DNA of 64,000 bases from Eledone cirrhosa (GCA_964016885.1 OZ024742.1:141546001-141610000), one strand, 5' to 3'. Positions 41,991-54,429 are shown, counted from the stretch's first letter. Made by a program: numbers and translations. Notes: generated by a model not told the origin, from the sequence alone.

Positions 41991-43687
41991 CAGGGGTCGG
42001 CAACCTTTTGGAGAGAGGGGGCCAAACAGCTATGCAGTGTCATGGAGGAGGGCCATGTTATTAAATATGTAAATACATTTTCTGGAGGTTTAAAGCAAAA
42101 CAAGGAATTTAATATAATTTTATTTTTAATATAATTTGATTTTACTACAGGAATAACAAAAAAAAAAGAAAAAAAAACTACAAACACGTTCAACAAAAAA
42201 AAAAGCAAATTCCTTATTTTACTGCAGGAATAACAGAAAAACAACTACTATCACAATCAACAAAAAAAAAAAAGCAAATTCCTTGCTACAAACGAAATAC
42301 AGTTAGAAATGGTAAATGATTTAATGAGACACTTGTTTCTGCATATTGTGCGATAACTTCTCCACATCAGGTTAAATATTTATCGATGACAGGAGCAAAA
42401 CATCATCCAGGTGGTCGTCACGCAACCTTGTTCTTAAATGACTTTTAGTATATTTCATTTTGAAAAAAAGTTGTTCACGAGCATATGTACTTCCAAATAA
42501 TGATATCATCAGTTTCGCATTAATCAAGATGTTTTTATATTTTCCGCTTGGCAATATATATTTCTTGTAGAAGCAAACACATTTTCCAAAATGCTCAATG
42601 AAAAATAGCTAAGTGTCCAGCCATCGTTAAAAGTTCGGCACTCCAAATCCACTTTTCTTTTCTTAGCTTCCATGGGCTTGTTTTTGTTTAAACAAAAAAG
42701 ATTTATGGAAAGGAAAAAGAACAAAAAGTATAATAATCAGAATGAAGAAATAAGAAACAATGAAAACAAATGTAAATGCAAATACAGTAATTGTTTCTAC
42801 TTTTGGCACAAGGCCAGCAATAACCTAGTGCATTACTGGTACTTTATTTTATCGACCCGTAAGGATGAAAGGCAAAGTCAACCTCGGTGGGATTTGAACT
42901 CAGATCGTAAAGGGACGTAACTATGCTGGAAAGTATGGCGTCCATACAGTAATGCGATAAAATATGATAATTGTGAATAAATTATATGAAACCAGGTTTC
43001 TAACGACGTTGTTAGATCAGGGTTGCCATTTGTTTTTTTAAACCACTTTAAACCTAATTCTAATAATAATAATTCATACAATTTATCACAAATAATTAAA
43101 TAAACGTTATTATCGAATAAAGATACCTACTGTATAGTTGTTATACCACCATACAACAAACTCAAATGAAAATACTCTGGGGAGGAGGGAACGAAGTAAT
43201 TTTTCCACGGACAGCTTTACCTTGTGCCGGGGGGCACAGGTAAAGTCAGGCAAACGAAGACGACAATAATTCACGAGGGATTTTATTGAATGACAATATG
43301 GGTATAAAAGCGAGTCATGCGAACCGTAAGGTAGTATACCTTCCAGTCGCTGACGAAAATGCATACTTCCAGCCAACATTTGTGTTTGTTGACTGATACA
43401 AAAACACATATATGAAATCACAGGAAATAATAATACAGGTGATATAATGCTTGGCGGAAAGCCCAGAAAAAGATGGATAAGAGGAAATAATAATAAATGG
43501 AAAATATAATAAGGTTACAAAGGTATCTATAAATATATACGATTTGTGATGGCACAACCTTGAAGTGAACTACTGTATCTGTATTCGATACTAATTAGAT
43601 AATTAGTGTCCAGTGTAAGATGGCGGGCCGGACAAAAATCACTCGAGGGCCTGATGTGGCCCGCGGGCCGGGGGTTGCCGACCCCTG
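41991..43687 (-). mobile_element. Internally deleted hAT transposon (Charlie/SPIN-like) with intact ends
   Basis: 15-bp TIRs CAGGGGTCGGCAACC / GGTTGCCGACCCCTG. 8-bp TSD TTCTAGTG at 41983-41990 and 43688-43695. Transposase N-terminus MEAKKRKVDLECRTFNDGW is joined to C-terminus SLFGSTYAREQLFFKMKYTKSHLRTRLRDDHL. A SINE is inserted at 42788-42945. Confidence 0.95.
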
Positions 43688-44022
43688 TTCTAGTGTATAC
43701 GCCTCACCAGTGGCGGAGATACATATTAATATCAGAACACTACTTACAAACACCTATTAAGACTGCTAGAGCTGAAAATACGGAACAATCAACCGCTGTG
43801 TTGGCATCACATGTTACAATAGGGGATATAATACCACGTGTTCTTAAAACACCAGTTCACCAGGTTTTCCATTTTATATATCACTTTCATTTTTGCATCT
43901 GAAAGAGCAAGTCATATCGACGCCCATGAAACCGTTTGGTGATACATAGAAAAGTGTCTTCCTGTTATAAATATTCTTTACTTCCATATTATATGATTTC
44001 TCTTTTATTTCGTTTGTACTCA

Positions 44023-44143
<121 letters not shown>

Positions 44144-44297
44144 TTATAGTGTGAAAATCGCCACTGACGAATGCGAGAAAGTTCTCCAGGAAAGTTAACC
44201 AAGAATCTTTAAAAAATCTCCCCACCGAAGTTAACAAATAACTTACTAGAACTAGATCTACCAAACAAAATTGTAAAATTATAATATAAAATTAAAG

Positions 44298-44342
<45 letters not shown>

Positions 44343-44373
44343 AGATCAAAAGATGGTTAAAGGAGTTCAATAT

Positions 44374-44442
44374 ATTTTATTATGCGCATTTCAAAAACAA
44401 ACATCATCAAACAATAATATTTGTGTTTTCATCAGATAAAAC
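44374..44442 (-). ncRNA. Type I hammerhead ribozyme
   Basis: GTTTTAT-CTGATGA-AAAC.ACAAATATTATTG-tt-TGATGATGTTTGT.TTTT-GAAA-TGCGCA-TA|ATAAAAT. Long G.U-rich stem II and palindromic stem III, in a ~270-bp insert between (TA)n tracts. Confidence 0.85.
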
Positions 44443-44602
44443 AGGAGAACATGATATGAAGGCTAAAAAAAACACTTGTTGATAGTGCAGTTTTAAATCA
44501 ACATATCATCTTATATTATGCATACTCCAGTCCCACAAACTGTAGAGTGCTTCTTATCCGATATCTGCATTGCTTTATTGTACTACAATAAAACTCACCT
44601 CC

Positions 44603-44663
<61 letters not shown>

Positions 44664-45111
44664 ATATATATATGTGTGTATATATATATATATGTGTATA
44701 TATATGTGCATGTAAATATATATGTGTATATATATGTGTGTATATATATATGTGTGTATATATATGTGTGTGTATATATATGTGTGTATATATATGTGTG
44801 TATATATATATGTGTATATATATATGTGTATATATATGTGTGTATATATGTGTATGTACGTCAATACTCATCTTTTTCCATTTCTCAATACTCATCTTTT
44901 TCCATTTCTCCGAGGGTTCTTAACCCCGCTATCAGGATAAATAATTTTCTTTAATTTCTTTAGTCAAAATACTGCGATAGCTTACATTTATAATTTCAAA
45001 CTCGCTCGCTGTTTCGAAAATATTCTTACTTTATATATATATGAATTTACATATATATATGTGTATATATATATATATGTGTATATATATGTGTATATAT
45101 ATGTGTATATA

Positions 45112-45159
<48 letters not shown>

Positions 45160-45202
45160 GGTACATATATACATATATACACCTATATAGATACATATAT
45201 AT

Positions 45203-45280
<78 letters not shown>

Positions 45281-45281
<1 letters not shown>

Positions 45282-45618
45282 ATGATATTAAATAAATGGA
45301 AACTATATTTATGAAACCATATTTATTCTATTATATATATTTCAAGGGTACCATAACTTTGGTACGCTTTCATCAGATAAAATACGAAGTGTGTTTTTAT
45401 AAATTTTGAGATAACCAAGGAAAATACCTTAACTGTTCAAGTTTTCCTTGAATAGTCTATCCAAGGAAAACTTGAACCGTTAAGGTATTTTCCTTGGTTA
45501 TGTCAAAATTTATAAAACATTGAATATTATACTCCAGAAAACTTGTCGAGTGCTCTGAATCAGTTATAAACATTTATATTTGTTGAATTACCAACAAATT
45601 GAATATCCCTTCTGCTTA
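45281..45618. mobile_element. Family F PLE pLTR fold-back with an intact minus-strand hammerhead (45324-45384)
   Basis: TATTTTAT-CTGATGA-AAG.GTACCA...TGGTAC.CTT-GAAA-TATATA-TA|ATAGAATA. Inner palindrome at about 45392-45519 is centred near 45455. The right arm lacks the ribozyme. Confidence 0.85.
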
Positions 45619-46040
45619 TATATATATATATATGAATTTTTTAGTGATTTTAGCAGAACACAAAGGCATAGCCAGCTTGGCTTCGTCTATCTTTAGAGAT
45701 GACAAAGATATTTCGGCTAATTTATTGATTATCAATTTCTAATACTTCTAATTAGCAAGTTTTTCTGAAGTTGAAACCATTATGGAACCAGAGTTTAAAT
45801 GTAAAATTAAAAACTTTGTTTTTTGTTAAATTCTTAAATTTCATTGATGATGTTCTCTTGCGATATTGTTGCTCTGCGAACGTGTCGTTTTGAGCTTGAT
45901 CTGAAACAACTGTTTTTCGCACATTTTATCGTATTATCATCGGGTAGTTCTGCAAACAGTATGGTCGAAATAATTGCGAAGGCTTCTATCCAGTTAGCAT
46001 CCTGTCGATCTAAGTCCCTGTTATATACGCCTAAATATAA

Positions 46041-46088
<48 letters not shown>

Positions 46089-46093
<5 letters not shown>

Positions 46094-46248
46094 AGTAAGT
46101 AAGACCCCGACGGCTGAGCTCAAGCCGTTTCGACGGCTTGAGCTCAACCGTCGGGGTCTTACTTACTCCTATTACCCACTCTACTACCCTAAGTATTGAG
46201 TACTTTGGTGCGTTATGGTCCACCTGGTTCCTTACCATTTTTCCCTCG

Positions 46249-46250
<2 letters not shown>
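46089..46250. repeat. Short hairpin element (40-bp arms, TTCG loop) built on the 3' half of a hammerhead
   Basis: Arms 46089-46128 and 46133-46172. Minus strand reads CGAAA-CGGCT-TGAGCTC-AGCCG-TC-GGGGTC. Same family at 59787-59908 and 63900-64000. Confidence 0.8.
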
Positions 46251-46299
<49 letters not shown>

Positions 46300-46302
<3 letters not shown>

Positions 46303-46560
46303 TATATTGAGTTATAAACTCGAAATAGTGTTTTACAATTAAATAGATCAAAGAAGGGAATATTTCCGAGCCGTGTAATACAATTGAACATATGCGGGAT
46401 GAACACCGATACAAGTATACATGTGTTCGAATTGCAAATTTGCAGATGACCAAGTTAGTTAGTTTGAAAAATACTAATTTAACATAATATGGTTTGCCTG
46501 TCTCGATTTAAAATAATAAATCAATAAAAATAACAAACCTATATTGGCAATGGCCGTGAT
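46300..46560 (-). repeat. (TA)n-associated repeat homologous to 63352-63612 (partly inverted copy at about 34410-34625)
   Basis: Shared ATATTGAGTTA.AAACTC..AATAG...TTACAATTAAATAG...GAGCCGTGTAATA and ATTTAAAA.AATAAATCAA. Confidence 0.7.
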
Positions 46561-46628
46561 ACTAAATTTGTCTCGCAACAATCATTAAGTGAAAGTCACT
46601 ATTCCTGCGCTCTTCTGCGGGTATCCAG

Positions 46629-46704
<76 letters not shown>

Positions 46705-46821
46705 AGCAAAAAATTGCTTATTGTGATCCAGTTTTTGGTTAAGAAAGCTAGTTTCATGGATGGTTTCAACGTACGGTTAGGGGTAACTCCACAAGTTTGT
46801 AAGAATTCCGTTCAATCTTGG

Positions 46822-47392
46822 AGTATAAAAGAGAAAACACAGGTAAGCATTAAGAGAAGGATTTTATCCAGGTATTTACGACATTTCATTGGTAAGTGCA
46901 ACCTTATATTGCTATACTGCAAATAGCAGCCACTCAATTATAATTGTTGTTCACAGTCCAAATTTTCAAAATAGTAAGTTACTCTTGAAATAATTCTTAA
47001 TATATAGAGAAAACATTTATTTGGAATTGTGTTTACTAGTATATAGAGAGAGGAATCAGGAGGTGAGGGGACAGACGGAATAGTATAGAGAGAGAGGAAG
47101 GGGGAAGAGGTAGGAAGTAGAATGACAAACTGAGATGGAGGGAGGGGTAGAGGTGGAAGGATTCCTTGGTCAGTTTTGATAGCAGACTTCATGTCGTGGA
47201 ATGTAGTGAGTTAAAGAGAATTAAATTGATCATAGTGGGAGGGATGGATAGAGAGGGAGAGAGAGGGGGGGGGAGATATAAAGAGAAAATATACTTGCAG
47301 TATAGCAATATAAGGTTGCACTTACCAATGAAACGGTCGTAAATACCTGGGTAAAATCCTTCTCTTAATGCTTACCTGTGTTTTCTCTTTTA

Positions 47393-47396
<4 letters not shown>
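46822..47396. repeat. Inverted repeat (~100-bp arms) around a GA-rich spacer, with hammerhead 3' half
   Basis: 46822-46922 is the reverse complement of 47295-47396. GAAACGGTC at 47330-47338. Right end lies in (TA)n. Confidence 0.8.
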
Positions 47397-47453
<57 letters not shown>

Positions 47454-47544
47454 GCAGAGTATAAATGTTTAATATAGAAATGTATATATATATATAAATA
47501 TATAGCAATACATAGCTATATATATATATATATAGCAATACATA

Positions 47545-47610
<66 letters not shown>

Positions 47611-47620
47611 CAATATATAG

Positions 47621-47648
<28 letters not shown>

Positions 47649-47653
<5 letters not shown>

Positions 47654-48954
47654 GAAATGACAGGAGGCTGGATTTGTGTAAATCCTTGAAAGGTTTATTA
47701 TACTATGATCATGTCAATGACCGGGTTCCGTATGAATCCGGTGATATCATCAGGTATTCGAAATATAATACGTGAATGTAATAGATAAAATCCATGGGGC
47801 TGAAAATCGAGGACCCGAGGGCGACCGCTATTCTGTTCCTTCAACCTCAGCCGGTCGCCCTGGAGTGACGTGGCTAAAGTTTATAGTATGCTACTACCGG
47901 TCAGATAAACGAAAACAGAAAGGGATGGGAGCATAAGTTAACGTCGATCTCATGACACAAGGTAAAAAAAAGAAAGAAAGGAAGGAGAGAGAAGAAGGGG
48001 GAAAAAGAAGTAGAGAAGCCAGGGTTAGTGTCAGCTAAAAGAAGAAAGGCAACTACTACCGGTCAGATATAGGCAAGCAAGAGGGGAAAGGAAGATAAGT
48101 CTGCGGGAGGAAGACAGGAAGAGGGGAGAAGAGAGAAGTAGAAAAGTAAGGGTTGATGGCTACAAGAAGGAAGATAGAAAGAAAGAGGAAGAAAGGTCGA
48201 TATGTGTCAGACCACAGTCAAGCCAGGAGTGGCGCGAGAAAATGTTCACAGGGACCCGCATCTTAGCAGAGATGAATATATTGGGAGTCAGTGTGTTACA
48301 GTGTTTAGATTTCTAGGATGAAGTTAAAAAAGTTAATAATCAATATTCAATATTAAAGAGGTTAGAAAATCTAAAGTTCAACAGTTTAACATTTTATTAT
48401 ATAATAGTTCCGATTTGTTCTGTAATTTAAAGGTACTATGTGGCGGTTAAAACACCGGCCGCGCCCCGGGCCCCATGGCGAATTAAGCTACGCCGAGTAT
48501 TTTCATTTACTGAAAGAAGGGGAAATTTATTTTTCCAAGCACTCCAGGTGAGCTCATTCGCCAGGGAGCTGGTCGCGCCGCCATTAAAACCCACCCAACA
48601 GTCCGACAGAAAGTTGGAACTTTAAAATTTTGCTTAGAGAAGTAAAAGAGTAATGGTTGATAGCTACAAGAAGGAAGATAGAAAGAGAGAGGAAGGAAGG
48701 TCGATATTAATGTCACACCACAACTTTAGCCACGTCACTCCAGGGCGACCGGCTGAGGTTGAAGGAACAGAATAGCGGTCGCCCTCGGGTCCTCGATTTT
48801 CAGCCCCATGGATTTTATCTATTACATTTACGTATTATATTTCGAATACCTGATGATATCACCGGATTCATACGGAACCCGGTCATTGAAATGATCATAG
48901 TATAATAAACCTTTCAAGGATTTACACAAATCCAGCCTCCTGTCATTTCATTAT
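47649..48954 (-). mobile_element. 5'-truncated PLE with inverted pLTRs (~232-bp arms, ~840-bp spacer)
   Basis: 47649-47880 is the reverse complement of 48722-48954. The spacer's minus strand has a degenerate GIY-YIG C-terminus-like peptide (ATSSLANELTWS...MKILGVA...NKSELL) and a pyrimidine-rich UTR. Confidence 0.8.
48846..48903 (+). ncRNA. Type I hammerhead ribozyme; partner at 47700-47757 (-) has GACA for GAAA
   Basis: ATAC-CTGATGA-tatc-ACCGG.TTC-atac-GGA..CCGGT-catt-GAAA-TGATCA-TA|GTAT. Confidence 0.78.
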
Positions 48955-49255
48955 GATATTTAACTCCGTAATAGCACCACCAACTACAAAAACAAAGACG
49001 GTTGAACTGCTTTACGTTGAGTACTCTCTATATTATTGCATTACGATTGACTATACGGAATAGACCAGCTCTATACAGTGGTGAACCTCAAACCTGAATA
49101 TATATATATATATATATAGCAATAGATAGCAGAGTATAAATGTTTAATATAGAAATGGCTTCTATAGGACTAGAACTGTTTCATTCGAAGGACATTTATA
49201 CTCTGCTATGTATTGAATACCTTACTAATTATGGTTACTCCCGATTGAACCCGGA

Positions 49256-49324
<69 letters not shown>

Positions 49325-49439
49325 CTTTTGAAAAGGCTTGCTGAGCATACAAACCGAAAGCGCTTGGCGCCTTGGTCGGGATTCTCTCTCTCCCTCCACC
49401 TCTCTCTCTCTCTCCCCGCTCTCTCTCTCCCCCTCCCCC

Positions 49440-49487
<48 letters not shown>

Positions 49488-49499
49488 GTATATTTTTTT

Positions 49500-49815
49500 T
49501 TGCTTTGACCATGGTTTTGCAACTAGAAAGTTTCCCTCCGAGGTACAAGCCTGGGCAAGTTTTTTTGTGGAAGACCAGTAGTCGCCCATGCATACCAGCC
49601 TCCCCTCTCTACGCCACCGATGTTGTCCAAAGGAAAGGCAATGGCCGATACAGCTTGGCACCAGTGACGTCGCAACTCATTTCTACAGCTGAGTAAACTG
49701 GAGCAACGTGAAATAAAGTGTCTTGCTCAAGGACACAACGCATCTCCCGATCCGAGAATCGAACTCACAACCTCTCAATTGCAGGCCCAATGCTCTAACC
49801 ACTAAGCCATGCGCC

Positions 49816-49817
<2 letters not shown>
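49500..49817 (-). mobile_element. tRNA-derived SINE family B (Meta-domain-like)
   Basis: GGCGCATGGCTTAGTGG A box, GAGTTCGATTC B box, TTGTGTCCTTGAGCAAGACACTTTATTTCACGTTGCTCCAG core. Confidence 0.85.
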
Positions 49818-49898
<81 letters not shown>

Positions 49899-52010
49899 GA
49901 TGATTTATAAGAGCCCGCTTGCATGAGAATCCATTGATCTTAGGCAAGCTTCTACATAACTTGGTAAATTTTCACCCACCATTTATAAATCTTAGAAAAT
50001 AAAACGATCCTATGGGGAATGAGATTTTAATGTCTCATATAAAATAATACACCCGATTATCCACACAATACAATATAGATAGCACCCCAAACGTTTAATT
50101 GGGAATATACTCCGGTATTTCCTAATGTTTGTTGAGTGAGATGTAAATTGGTCGGGGTATCGCTAATAGCTTTCTCCGTTTATGTATTTATGTATATGCA
50201 AAAGTTTTATTTAAAATTGTTGGGTTACAACAAGTAAATATTTTATAACTGATATAAAGCACTCAACAAGTTTTGGAGTAGATATACGATATTAAACAAA
50301 TGGAAACTATATTTATAAAACCATATTTATTTCATTATACATATTTCGGGGAAACCATATTAAAAATATGGCATGCCTTCTTGAGATAAAATACAATATA
50401 TAAGCAGTTTTATAAATAATTTTGACGTACCATAAATATTGATCAACTTTCATGTAAGAAGTTGGTTTGGTAGTGAGATGTTTATAAATATTTAGTGTTA
50501 AGCACAGTTAAAAAGAAAGACGGAGAAACAGAAGAAATGTATGTAAAGAAAAACAGAGAGAAATAGAGAGAGATAGGGGAGAGAGAAATAGTGAGGAGGT
50601 GAAAAAAGAGATGCAGCTGAGGCAACGGATGAATAATAATAATTCATCATACAAATTGAGAGATTTAGGAGGGAGGGAGTACTGTAATTATTTAGTTATA
50701 GTGTTAAGGAGACGGAGAGAAATAAAAAATAAAGAGAAAACAGAGAGATAGAGAAAGATAGAGGTGGGGGGAAAAAAGAGGTAGACCAAATAATAATAAT
50801 TATATATGGGGAGGTGAGAGAAATAGGAGAGAAGTAAGAGAGAAAACAAGAGAGAAGCTCGAGAGGCAAAGTTAAAATAACCGATACTTAAATTTCATCA
50901 TGTATAAAGAGGGAGGAGAAGAAAGAGCTATATCTAGAGAGAAGGATGATAGATTTACATGTTTACGTTATGTCCTATCAATTTGAATTATCAATTCATA
51001 TGAATTGGGTATTATAATGTAAATATCAATATTCATGAATGAGACATAGATATATAATGTGTGAAAAATAATGACCATATGTTTAGTTTAAAATTCTGAG
51101 GTCGATGTACCAAAAACTGAGATAAAACTTCAAAAAATACGGAAATACATAAGTATATATGTACTTTCCGGAAAAGGAAAGAAAGAGAAAAAGAGAAGGT
51201 CATCTCAAGTTCTAGTTGATACTATAGACATACCCGTGATCTTACGTGATCAACTCTGTAATTTCTTGTTTCACAGAAAAAAATTTTCCCTTGTGTTATA
51301 AAAGATTTTATTATATATATATATACATAAAAATATATATTAATATTCCTGCCCTCACATACATGATTATCGTTCATGTATAGAATATTATGCATATCTG
51401 TAACATATCCAGAACTATAGCCACACATACATATATATATATATGCGTGCGCACATATATGTACATGGACAGATAAAATAAACAGATAAAATAAAATATA
51501 CTCTGTAATCATTCCATATTCATATTAATACATATGGCCTTTGTACAGAGACAACCAGATATTAATATATCAGCACAGAGATATCAAAACGTTAAACATA
51601 TTTTCATCACTCCCTAGAGTATCTCGGGCCATAAAAAACACAGTATGCCCCCCCATATCAACCACAGAAATCTACCCTTCCAATTTATCTGACAATATAT
51701 TGTCAAGTTCATTAGAAGCAATCAGAATCAAAAAGCAAACAAAAAACCAAAAATTATTCAACAAAACTTATTTAGCAGAAATCATTTAAAAGATTTAAGA
51801 GACCCTGTTGTTCTACAGATGCTCTTATATTTAGTATAGAAGTTTATCTAGCGTAAAATTTATTCAATAGATTGGAAGCATCTACATTTTAGGGTAGTTT
51901 AATTACATCATTAGTATATATTTATGAAGAAGGTTTAAAAGAAAAGTTGAAGGAATCGAAAGATTTATCGTCAGGTTTCATACATTAATTAAATATCTTA
52001 ACTAATTATA

Positions 52011-52685
52011 CTACATTTTAAATTTATATTTATATTTATATTTAAACGTTGAGTTCAATCTATGTCTGCAGCAACTGAATAAATTGCTCCTTAAATTAAG
52101 GGAATTTTTAGATTTTAATATAAAGAATATCTCCTCCACACAGAGGTCACATGTCTCAGATGAGGAATTAAAAGGAATCCCTCTTGAGACAATATTCCAA
52201 AACATCGAATATCCAACGTTATCATGTTTAAGTTGCCAGAGTAAGCTTGATAGTGAAGTTGAAGATTGTTTGTTTGGATCTGTGAAAGAATTCTTATGAT
52301 TATTATAGCGAAGTTTAAATTCTGTCGAGGTGGAACCAACATAGTTAAAAGAATTTAAGTTAGTTTTAACATTACAATTGTATATTATATTTTTAACTAA
52401 GCAATTGTTATTTAACGGACAGTTAGATTTATTTCTACAGTTACAGTTATTTAATTGAATATTGTTTGGGTTATTATTGGTATTTTGGTTAGGTTTTAAA
52501 TTCCTATTATTAATTCTGTTAATATTTTGTGCTAAATTTTTGGTGGACGAGTAAGTTAATTTTATAGTATGTCTATTAAAAATTGAGTGATATTTATGTG
52601 TTCTAGGGAAGCGTTTGTCAAGAGCATTAAAAAATAGTTTAGCAATGTGGGTTTTAATATTTAGTGAGAAAGGGGGACAAACCAT
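52011..52685 (-). pseudogene. PLE linker plus GIY-YIG endonuclease, 224 aa open, 5'-truncated
   Basis: PPFSLNIKT..HKYHSIFNRHTIKLTYS..CNCRNKSNCPLNNNC..NIIYNCNV..NYVGSTSTEFKLRYNNHKNSF..CDLCVEE..LNLRS..CRH. Confidence 0.93.
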
Positions 52686-52768
52686 ATTATATTTCTAGTT
52701 CTATTTCTTTTCTGGCTTTTGGAATTATTGTAATGTTTTCTATTATAGTTGTTAAAGTTGTTACCGTA

Positions 52769-52831
52769 ATTTATCTGAAGAAGGCATGCCATATTTTTAA
52801 TATGGTATCCCCGAAATATGTATAATGAAAT
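52769..52831 (+). ncRNA. Type I hammerhead ribozyme
   Basis: TTTAT-CTGAAGA-aGGcATGCCATATT-ttt-AATATGGTATcCCc-GAAA-TATGTA-TA|ATGAA. Confidence 0.8.
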
Positions 52832-53329
52832 AAATATGGTTTTATAAATATAGTTTCCATTTGTTTAATATCGTATATATATATATATATATATATCAGT
52901 TTCGACAGATATTGTTCCAGTTGTTCGACAAACGGAACACCAATAACGTGTAAGTAGCTGAGTAATTCTCAGACACGTGTACCCTTTACGAACTTCTCAG
53001 GGAGATTCTGTGTGACACAGAGTGTGACAAGACTGGCCCTTTGAATTACAGGTGCAGTCCATTCGATGGGCTTCCAAACATTTTTTGTGAACCTAATTTC
53101 ACTCATAAGGCTGGGATCAATCTGAGGCTATGGTGACGCCAAAGAACCCGGGACCAAATAAATACTAAGCGAATTCCTTAACTATTCGGCCAATATATCC
53201 ATACACACACACACGCGCGCACACATATCTTTTCCAATGCATCACATGAAAGTCTTGAAACTGGTGGTAAAGCGGAGATAAGTCAAACTGTTAATATATA
53301 GTCTCACTTTCCACATGTGTTGATTGCTC

Positions 53330-53503
53330 ATCGGTAGAGGGCCTGGCGCCATACTTTGCAGTATAGAGTCACGGCCCTTTACGGTCTGAGTACAAATCGT
53401 GCGGGGGTAACTTAGCCTTTCATCCCCATGGAGTCGATAAAATAAAGTACCAGTAATGCACTGTATTAATTGCTGGCCTTGTGCCAAAAGTAGAAACAAT
53501 TAT
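53330..53503 (+). mobile_element. SINE family A
   Basis: Consensus match. Confidence 0.88.
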
Positions 53504-53559
53504 TTTTGTTTTTACTCACAACTGAATATGCATGCATATGTACGTATTTATATATATAT

Positions 53560-53592
<33 letters not shown>

Positions 53593-53797
53593 CCCCACTC
53601 TCCAGAGCGTGAAATTAATAAACATTCGTTGTACTGCCTCTCTGTTTTGTTCCTGTTCAAATTTTTCCATTATATATATATATATATATATATAGTGAAA
53701 AGTGGAACGGGAACAAAACAGAGAGGCAGTACGAACAAAGGTTTATTAGTTTCACGCTCTTGAGAGTGGGGGTGGGGGAGGGAACGACGTTTCGGGC
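53593..53797. repeat. Convergent inverted repeat centred on a (TA)n tract, with hammerhead 3' half
   Basis: 53593-53670 is the diverged reverse complement of 53695-53771. Minus strand reads CCCGAAACGTC around 53786-53796. Confidence 0.75.
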
Positions 53798-53812
53798 ATA
53801 TATATACAATTA

Positions 53813-54110
53813 TATTAAATAAATGGAAACTATATTTATAAAACCATATTTATTTTATTATATATATTTCAAGGGTACCAAGACACATTGGTACGCTTTC
53901 ATTAGATAAAATACAAACTTTGCATTTTATCTGATGAAAGCGCACCAATGTGCCTTGGTACCCTTGAAATATATATAATAAAATAAATATGGTTTTATAA
54001 ATCTAGTTTCCATTTATTTAATATCATTGAATATTTACTCTAGTAATATGTTGAGTGCTCTAAATCAGTATATTTGTCGGACTTCCAACAAATTAAATAC
54101 CCCTTCTACT
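53813..54110. mobile_element. Family F fold-back (centre 53918) with intact plus-strand hammerhead 53924-53984
   Basis: ATTTTAT-CTGATGA-AAG.G.ACCAA...TTGGT.C.CTT-GAAA-TATATA-TA|ATAAAAT. The left-arm partner reads CTAATGA. Arms are about 105 bp with essentially no spacer. Confidence 0.87.
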
Positions 54111-54286
54111 TATATATATATATATATGTATATATATGTATATATATATATGTATGTATGTATATATATGTATGTATGTATGTATATACATGTATGTATG
54201 TATATACATATATGTATGTATATATATATATATGTATGTATATATATATATATGTATGTATATATATATATGTATGTATATATGTA

Positions 54287-54345
<59 letters not shown>

Positions 54346-54352
54346 GTATGTA

Positions 54353-54429
<77 letters not shown>

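Larger units (their letters stand above)
50215..52878 (-). mobile_element. 5'-truncated Penelope-like element with 3' pLTR and inverted 5' pLTR (family F)
   Basis: GIY-YIG ORF, then about 1.6 kb of pyrimidine-rich 3' region, then a pLTR with hammerhead at 50329-50392 (core CTCAAGA). Inverted pLTR copy at 52770-52878 ends in (TA)n. Confidence 0.87.

Noticed and set aside
45895-45950. Minus-strand CCGATGA...GAAAAACAGTTGTTTC
   Set aside because: Core is mutated and stems I and II are unconvincing.
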